From Candidatus Heimdallarchaeota archaeon (GTDB lineage Archaea > Asgardarchaeota > Heimdallarchaeia > Heimdallarchaeales > Heimdallarchaeaceae): 64,000 bases of DNA. Position 1 is the first letter of the stretch. Each line of letters starts with the position of its first letter. Made by a program: the position numbers and the translations under genes. Below the pieces are notes generated by a model, which saw only the letters and a list, made by a program, of their open reading frames with translations, was not told the origin of the DNA and ran no database searches. The stretch lies in assembly GCA_016840095.1 (NCBI GenBank), contig JAEOSZ010000024.1:44958-108957 (forward strand), in the 5' to 3' direction. Shown in pieces: positions 57,958-64,000 of the stretch.

Positions 57958-59274
57958 TTAAGCATCTCCTAATCTTTCCCAAACTGCTTGAGAAGCTATT
58001 TGAGCGTTCTTATATAATGTTTCCTCATTAAAGATACTCTTGTAGTTCTCTATGAGAGTTTTTCCTTTAACTATTACACAAGAAGGTCTGAAGTTTTCGA
58101 ATAGTCCAAAGAAAACATGACCAAAAGCGTTAGTTTTATCCATATTAGTAGGATTGATATAAGGAATAAGTACAAAATCGGCAACATAGCCATTTTTGAT
58201 TTTACCAATCTTAATACCCATTCGACGTCCGAAATATTCATATGAATCGTTGATGTATTTTAGTAGTTCATCAAAACCTATTCCTGCTGCATCTTTAATT
58301 CCGGCTTTACCAGCAAAGAAGAAGTATGTCCATTCTTTTGCAATATTTGTCCCTAAACCATCATTCCCAATAAGAATCTGAATATTATTTTTTCTAAAAA
58401 GATCGATATTGAAAGCTCCAACTGCATTGTTCATGTTTGATGTAGGATTAAGGGCGATCACTGCTTTATTTTGATTGATGAATTTAGCTTCATCTTCATC
58501 AATATGGACACAATGAGCAAGTATAGAATCTTTGTTGAGCATTCCAAATTTTAGGTATCGGTTGACTACTCTCGAATTGTATTTCTCGAGTGAGTCAAAT
58601 TCGTCTTCAATACTTTCTGCAACATGAACATGGATAGGTGCTCCAGCTAGAACTCTTGATACTTTATCGAGTGTTTCCTCTGAAAGACTCATTGAAGCAT
58701 GCAATCCAAACATTCCTTTAGCATCAAAAGCATCATACTTCAGTCCTGCTAAGTTTTCTTCAATACATTCATCTACATTGAACCGATCACTTGTTTCGAA
58801 GCAGAATATCCCTCTCATTCCAAGCTTATCAACAATTGCGCTCTTAAGTGCATCAAGACTACCAATGATATCAATACCACTAGCATGATGATCAATCAAA
58901 GAAGTTACTCCACTTTTCAATGATTCTAAACCATAAACCATAGCACTATGGAAAGTAGCAGTATTATCTAATTTGCTATCAAACTTCCACCAAAGCTGTT
59001 CTAAAATGTCTTTGAAGCTTTTAGGACTAAAAGGAATAGCTGCACCTCTAACAAGAGTTGAATAAATGTGAGTATGGAAGTTAATTAAACCTGGAAGAAG
59101 AATTTTACCTTTTCCATCAATGATTTCACCATCAAATTTTGGAAATTTCTCCATACTTCCAACTTCAATGATCTCCTTACCATAAATACAAAAACCATTT
59201 TCAAAATAGGTCTCATAATCATAGATTTTAACGTTGATTATAGCCTTCATGATTTTACTATTACCTTCTTTCAT
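57958..59274 (-). CDS. ssnA: SsnA-like metal-dependent amidohydrolase
   Basis: PGLINFHTHIYS, ILEQLWWKFD, GVTSLIDHHAS, CFETSDR, GLHAS, HVHVAES, AHCVH, GNDG. ATG 59250 is an alternative start. Confidence 0.85.
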   Translation of the reverse strand: MKEGNSKIMKAIINVKIYDYETYFENGFCIYGKEIIEVGSMEKFPKFDGEIIDGKGKILLPGLINFHTHIYSTLVRGAAIPFSPKSFKDILEQLWWKFDSKLDNTATFHSAMVYGLESLKSGVTSLIDHHASGIDIIGSLDALKSAIVDKLGMRGIFCFETSDRFNVDECIEENLAGLKYDAFDAKGMFGLHASMSLSEETLDKVSRVLAGAPIHVHVAESIEDEFDSLEKYNSRVVNRYLKFGMLNKDSILAHCVHIDEDEAKFINQNKAVIALNPTSNMNNAVGAFNIDLFRKNNIQILIGNDGLGTNIAKEWTYFFFAGKAGIKDAAGIGFDELLKYINDSYEYFGRRMGIKIGKIKNGYVADFVLIPYINPTNMDKTNAFGHVFFGLFENFRPSCVIVKGKTLIENYKSIFNEETLYKNAQIASQAVWERLGDA

Positions 59275-59422
59275 AAGAATTTTTTCTTTTCATGTAAATA
59301 AGAGAGAAATAATTGATTTTATAGAAATTTCAGAAAAAAGGGAAAATACTTTTCATTTAGATGCTGTAAGATAATTATCATATGAAAAATTAAATTCTCA
59401 ATTTATTTGAGAGGTTAGAAAA

Positions 59423-61168
59423 ATGAAAAAAAGTAATAATAAACAGATTATAGTTTTAAGTATTCTAATTTTAGGTTTTTTAATAAGTGCTTCTTCATGG
59501 AATACTTATAATTCAAAAGCTATTGTTAATGAAATAATAAATCAAAATGAAATAGAATTATACAATCCTTTAGCTTGGAATTGGAATTTGACAGAAGTAA
59601 TATCAACAGATAGTATTAGTCAATCAGGAACTCCTTCTATTGGAGCAGATCTTGAAGGGAATATCCACATAGTTTGGGGGGATGCATATAATTATAGTGA
59701 CTCTGGCTCTGATTGGGATATATGCTATAAACGTTGGAACTCTTCCACTTCTTCATGGACAGCTATAGAAGTTATTTCTCCTGAAAGCACAGAACAGTCT
59801 ATTTTTACTTCTTTAGATGTGGATATAGCTGGAAATGTACATGTAGTTTGGCGGGATGCTACTGATTATGCAAGTGCTGGAACTGATCAAGATATATTTT
59901 ACAAACGATGGGATGCTTCTACTAGCACATGGGGTGCTCTAGAGGTTGTTTCAACAGAGAGTACCCAAAATTCTGGTAGCCCATCTATAGATGCAGATAA
60001 TAAAGGAAATATTCATGTTGTATGGAGTGACAGTACTGATTATGCAAGTGCTGGAACAGACATAGATATATTTTACAAAAGATGGGATATTATAACTTCC
60101 TCATGGACAACAACAGAGGTTGTATCTACAGAAAGCACATCTCTATCAGACGATTCTTCAGTAACAACAGATGCTTTTGGAAACATTCATGTGGTTTGGA
60201 TTGATTTCACTAATTATGATGGTTCTGGAACAGACACAGATATATTTTATAAACGATGGGATGCTTCTATCTCCTCATGGACAACAACAGAGGTTGTGTC
60301 AACTGAGAGTACAGATTTTTCTTTTTCCCCCTCTATCACAGTGGATTCATCTTATTTTATCCATATAGCCTGGCAGGATGAAACCGATTATGCAAATGCT
60401 GGAACAGATAGAGATATCTTCTATAAACAATGGAATTCCGCTACTTCCTCATGGACTACAACGGGTGTCATTTCTACAGAAAGCACAGGTGATTCTTACG
60501 TACCTAAAATAGCGATAGATTCTCAGAATAATTTGCATATTGTTTGGTATGATTACACTAACATTGTGGATTCAGGTTCAGATGAAGACATTTTTTACAG
60601 ACGCTTGAATGCTAAAAGTCAAACTTGGTCTCCTCTAGAAGTTGTTTCTACAGAAAGTACGAGTGGTTCAATGGGATCATCTATGATTGTTGATTCTGCA
60701 GATCAAATCCTAACGGTTTGGGTTGACTCCACTGATTATGAAGAAGCAGAGACAGATCAAGATATTTTCTTCAAAAGAACTTTAGATTTTCCTGATGCAC
60801 CTGAACTTGCTTTTATTGTCCCTAATCCTACTGAAACTTCTATTGTTTCAATTGACTGGAATAATATCTCAAGAGCAAATAGCTACTTCATCTACCGATC
60901 TGATTATTACATCTGGTCAGTAGAAGAACTCACTCCTATTGATGAAGTAAGCAATAGTTACTATGCTGATACCTTACCTACTGAAGGTTTCTTTTACTAT
61001 GTAATTGTTGCAAGCAATTATGTAGGAAATAGTTCTCATTCAAACTGTCAATATGTTGAATACAGACTCCCTCATGTCAGAGAGTTCACAATAATTTCTA
61101 GTTTAATCATCGGAGCTATGGTAATATCCTTAGTAGTGATGAAAACTCGAAGAAACAAAATATCATGA
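59423..61168 (+). CDS. Surface protein with seven 58-aa repeats (probable beta-propeller), FN3-like domain and C-terminal anchor, copy 1
   Basis: Signal peptide; 7 x W...EV(V/I)STES..S..PSI..D..GN(I/V)H(I/V)VW.D.T(D/N)Y...G.D.DIFYKRW; PELAFIVPNP..YYVIVA; LPHVREF plus TM plus KTRRNK. Confidence 0.88.
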   Translation: MKKSNNKQIIVLSILILGFLISASSWNTYNSKAIVNEIINQNEIELYNPLAWNWNLTEVISTDSISQSGTPSIGADLEGNIHIVWGDAYNYSDSGSDWDICYKRWNSSTSSWTAIEVISPESTEQSIFTSLDVDIAGNVHVVWRDATDYASAGTDQDIFYKRWDASTSTWGALEVVSTESTQNSGSPSIDADNKGNIHVVWSDSTDYASAGTDIDIFYKRWDIITSSWTTTEVVSTESTSLSDDSSVTTDAFGNIHVVWIDFTNYDGSGTDTDIFYKRWDASISSWTTTEVVSTESTDFSFSPSITVDSSYFIHIAWQDETDYANAGTDRDIFYKQWNSATSSWTTTGVISTESTGDSYVPKIAIDSQNNLHIVWYDYTNIVDSGSDEDIFYRRLNAKSQTWSPLEVVSTESTSGSMGSSMIVDSADQILTVWVDSTDYEEAETDQDIFFKRTLDFPDAPELAFIVPNPTETSIVSIDWNNISRANSYFIYRSDYYIWSVEELTPIDEVSNSYYADTLPTEGFFYYVIVASNYVGNSSHSNCQYVEYRLPHVREFTIISSLIIGAMVISLVVMKTRRNKIS

Positions 61169-61196
61169 ACTAGTAATTCTAGTTCTTACTTTTTTT
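61167..61196 (+). terminator. Hairpin plus T-tract terminator
   Basis: GAACTAG-TAATT-CTAGTTC overlapping the stop codon, then T7; the same structure follows the next paralog. Confidence 0.6.
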
Positions 61197-61306
61197 CTTG
61201 ATATATATTCTAGAAAATGTTTTTATTTCTAGCACTTATTGTGTACAATTTGAAAAAATTCGCTTACACTTTATCGAATTGAAAAATTTGAAAAAAAGTT
61301 GATATT

Positions 61307-63052
61307 ATGAATTGCAAAATCAAAAAATTTTATGTTAGCTTGAGTAGTCTGATGATTTGTTTTTTAGTAAGTGGTTTAATTTTCAATACTCTAAGCTCAG
61401 AAGCTCTATCAGAAAAGGAAAATAATCGATACAATACTAACAATTTTGATAGATCTATTCCGAAATGGAATTCAACAGAGGTTGTTTCCACAGAAAGTAT
61501 AAGTACTTCTCACGTTCCTTCTCTTGCAATCGATTCTGCAGGGAATGTACATATAGCGTGGTGTGATAATACTAATTACGCTGGAGCGGGGAGTGATTGG
61601 GATATCTTCTATAAACAATGGGATACTTCTACTTCCTCATGGTCAACCACAGAAATTGTTTCTACAGAGAGTATAACGCATTCTTACTACCCATCTCTTG
61701 CAGTCGATTCAGTTGGGAATGTTTATGTAGTGTGGGGAGATGAAACCGATTATGCTGGAGCGGGAAGCGATCGGGATATATTCTATAAACGATGGAATGC
61801 TACCTCATCTTCGTGGACAACTACAGAAGTGGTTTCCACAGAAAGTACAGGTTATTCTCACGATTCTTCTATTGATGTAGATTCTGTAGGGAATGTACAT
61901 ATAGCCTGGGAAGATTGGACTGACTATGCTGGAGCTGGTACAGATAATGATATTTTCTATAAACGATGGAATGCTACCTCATCTTCGTGGACAACTACAG
62001 AAGTGGTTTCTACAGAAAGTACAACACATTCTTACTACCCATCTCTTGCAGTCGATTCAGTTGGGAATGTTTATGTAGTGTGGGGAGATGACACCAATTA
62101 TGCTGGAGCGGGAAGTGATCGGGATATCTTCTATAAACGATGGGATACTTCCACTTCCTCATGGACAACTACAGAAGTGGTTTCCACAGAAAGTACAGGT
62201 TATTCTCACGATTCTTCTATTGATGTAGATTCTGTAGGGAATGTCTATATAGCATGGGAAGATGTGACTAATTATGCTGGAGCTGGTAATGATGAAGATA
62301 TTTTCTACAAAAGTTGGGACGTTTTTTCTTCCGCATGGACCTCAACAGAAGTAGTTTCTACAGAAAGTACAGGTAATTCCAATGTGCCTTCTCTTGCAGT
62401 CGATTCTGTAGGGAATATCCACATATCATGGGGTGATAATACTGATTATGCTGGAGAGGGTGCAGATGAAGACATTTTCTACAAAAGTTGGGACGTTTTT
62501 TCTTCCGCATGGACCTCAACAGAAGTAGTTTCCACAGGAACCACAGGGAATTCTCACGATTCTTCTCTTGCAGTCGATTCTGTAGGGAATGTCTATATAG
62601 CATGGTGTGATAATACTGATTACGCTGGAGCGGGGAGTGATTGGGATATCTTCTATAAGTTTTCCAATATTTTTCCTATAGCACCTGAACTAGCTTTTAT
62701 AGTTCCCAATCCTACAGATGTAAATACTATTTTTCTCGATTGGAATAATATTACTTCAGCTACAAGTTACTTTGTTTATCGTAACACATATTACATCTGG
62801 TCAGCGGATGAACTAGTTCCAATTGCTGAAGTTACTACTAGTTTTTATGTTGATACTCTACCAGCAGAAGGTTATTTCTACTATGTTATTGTTGCCACTA
62901 ACTTTGTTGGAAACAGGTCTCAATCTAATTGTCAATATGTTGAATACAAACTCCCTCATGTAAGAGAATTCACATTAATTACTGGATTAATACTTGGAGT
63001 AATAGTAGTCTCAATAGTTATTCTGAGAACAAGAAGAACTAAACTAAAATGA
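61307..63052 (+). CDS. Surface protein with seven 58-aa repeats (probable beta-propeller), FN3-like domain and C-terminal anchor, copy 2
   Basis: Same architecture and length (581 aa) as copy 1, with more homogeneous repeats. Confidence 0.88.
   Translation: MNCKIKKFYVSLSSLMICFLVSGLIFNTLSSEALSEKENNRYNTNNFDRSIPKWNSTEVVSTESISTSHVPSLAIDSAGNVHIAWCDNTNYAGAGSDWDIFYKQWDTSTSSWSTTEIVSTESITHSYYPSLAVDSVGNVYVVWGDETDYAGAGSDRDIFYKRWNATSSSWTTTEVVSTESTGYSHDSSIDVDSVGNVHIAWEDWTDYAGAGTDNDIFYKRWNATSSSWTTTEVVSTESTTHSYYPSLAVDSVGNVYVVWGDDTNYAGAGSDRDIFYKRWDTSTSSWTTTEVVSTESTGYSHDSSIDVDSVGNVYIAWEDVTNYAGAGNDEDIFYKSWDVFSSAWTSTEVVSTESTGNSNVPSLAVDSVGNIHISWGDNTDYAGEGADEDIFYKSWDVFSSAWTSTEVVSTGTTGNSHDSSLAVDSVGNVYIAWCDNTDYAGAGSDWDIFYKFSNIFPIAPELAFIVPNPTDVNTIFLDWNNITSATSYFVYRNTYYIWSADELVPIAEVTTSFYVDTLPAEGYFYYVIVATNFVGNRSQSNCQYVEYKLPHVREFTLITGLILGVIVVSIVILRTRRTKLK
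61466..62658 (+). repeat. Intragenic 174-bp tandem repeat, 7 units, with identical segments between non-adjacent units
   Basis: Identical blocks 61679-61743/62027-62091, 61814-61896/62162-62244, 61781-61836/61955-62010, 62300-62358/62474-62532. Confidence 0.9.
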
Positions 63053-63081
63053 ACTAGTTCAATCTAGTTCTAACTTTTTTT
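63051..63081 (+). terminator. Hairpin plus T-tract terminator
   Basis: GAACTAG-TTCAAT-CTAGTTC then T7. Confidence 0.6.
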
Positions 63082-63186
63082 CTTTCTCATAATCTATGTG
63101 AAAAACATTTTTTTACATCTAGCAACTATTGATACTAATATACAATTCTCTTAAAACTGAAAGAGAACATATTAAAAGGTGATTTT

Positions 63187-64000
63187 ATGAAAAAAAATGC
63201 AAAAAAAATTTCATTAATTGTCAGTTTTACAGTTAGTTTTTTGATTATTACTTCTTCACCTAATGTACTAAATTCTAGTGCATTCTTGGGAGAAAGTAAG
63301 ACTCAATTTACCTTAGATTCTTATGACAAATCTAGTTGGGCTTGGGGAATAACTGAAGTAGTTTCAACTGAAAGCGATGGTCACTCAAATAGTGCTTCAA
63401 TGTTTGTTGATTCTGAAGGTGATATACATGTGACTTGGCACGATCAATCTGAGATTCTTGGAGCAGCGAATGATTCAGACATTTTTTATAAGAGATGGGA
63501 TGCTTCAAAAACCACTTGGACAACAACTGAACTTATCTCAACAGAGAGTACTGATCACTCCAATGATCCAACAATTTTTGTTGATACTTCTCTTAACATC
63601 CACATTGTGTGGGAGGATAGTACAAATTATGATTCATCAGGTGACGACTATGATATATTCTATCGATTTAAGAGTGCTCTTGATACCTCATGGTCAGCAA
63701 TAAAGGTTGTATCTAATGATAGTACTCTGTACTCATACAATCCTGTTATTGCAGTTGATTCAAAAGGTGATTCACATATAGCATGGTACGATGCAACGGA
63801 CTATAATGGAGCTGGAATAGATCAGGATATCTTCTATAAGAAATATGATAGAACTAATGATACTTGGTCTCAAACACAGGTAGTTTCGGATGTTAGTGAT
63901 GCACATTCTCAACATCCATCTATTACCATTGATCTAGATGACAATGTACATTTCGCATGGGCTGACCAGTCTACATATGCTGCTTCAGGGACTGACTGGG
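63187..64000 (+). CDS. Third 58-aa repeat surface protein, 3'-truncated by the window edge (missing from ORF track)
   Basis: AAGGTGA then ATG 63187: MKKNAKKISLIVSF..WGITEVVSTESDGHSNSASMFVDSEGDIHVTWHDQSEILGAANDSDIFYKRWD..; frame stays open to base 64000. Confidence 0.88.
   Translation, partial: MKKNAKKISLIVSFTVSFLIITSSPNVLNSSAFLGESKTQFTLDSYDKSSWAWGITEVVSTESDGHSNSASMFVDSEGDIHVTWHDQSEILGAANDSDIFYKRWDASKTTWTTTELISTESTDHSNDPTIFVDTSLNIHIVWEDSTNYDSSGDDYDIFYRFKSALDTSWSAIKVVSNDSTLYSYNPVIAVDSKGDSHIAWYDATDYNGAGIDQDIFYKKYDRTNDTWSQTQVVSDVSDAHSQHPSITIDLDDNVHFAWADQSTYAASGTDW

Noticed and set aside
582-58381. Numerous short antisense or alternate-frame ORFs in the track (e.g. 582..953, 1595..1960, 3425..3748, 8717..9037, 14766..15200, 17583..17879, 25439..25774, 50009..50311)
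   Set aside because: They overlap well-supported genes and show no motifs; typical shadow ORFs.
51116-59274. Selenocysteine or other recoding in the xdh operon
   Set aside because: All six frames are intact with no in-frame TGA or frameshift, and no selenium-cofactor accessory genes are in the window.
63332-63703. Track ORFs 63332..63526 and 63458..63703 (also 60171..60368, 62358..62603)
   Set aside because: Alternate-frame or antisense shadows of the repeat genes; the real third gene starts at 63187 and runs off the window.
59423-64000. Diversity-generating retroelement or CRISPR array explaining the 174-bp repeats
   Set aside because: Repeats are in-frame coding units without unique spacers; differences are not limited to adenines; no reverse transcriptase, template repeat or cas gene is in the window.
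1-64000. tRNA, rRNA, IS elements, integrases or provirus
   Set aside because: Intergenic spacers are short and AT-rich with no cloverleaf or rRNA-like sequence, and no ORF has transposase, integrase or capsid motifs.

Overview
AT-rich archaeal chromosomal window, most likely from an Asgard archaeon (Heimdallarchaeia-like). This is inferred from CDP-archaeol synthase carS, an archaeal ThiR regulator, a Rab-like small GTPase without prenylation cysteines, PGF/PEF-type C-terminal sorting signals and TATA-like boxes about 25-35 bp upstream of many starts. I found no rRNA, tRNA, CRISPR array or transposase. Main blocks in order: two tandem paralogous membrane proteins of unknown function; a thiamine module (thiR-thiB-thiP-thiQ plus an APH/ThiK-fold kinase) with candidate operators; tsaC and a nicotinamidase-like gene; feoA-feoB plus an unannotated Cys-rich peptide and a palindromic operator; many surface-anchored proteins (beta-helix proteins, duplicated serine hydrolases, a PHP hydrolase, two arylsulfate sulfotransferases, a PGF-CTERM protein); a three-peroxiredoxin/nitroreductase operon; a Rab-like GTPase; a SERCA-like P-type ATPase followed by a 47-aa membrane micropeptide; a six-gene purine-catabolism-like operon (ssnA, PreA-like flavo-Fe-S protein, threonine-synthase-like PLP enzyme, xdhABC); and a tandem array of surface proteins built from 58-aa propeller-like repeats with mosaic repeat units. 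Four small genes and one edge-truncated gene missing from the ORF track were read directly from the sequence.
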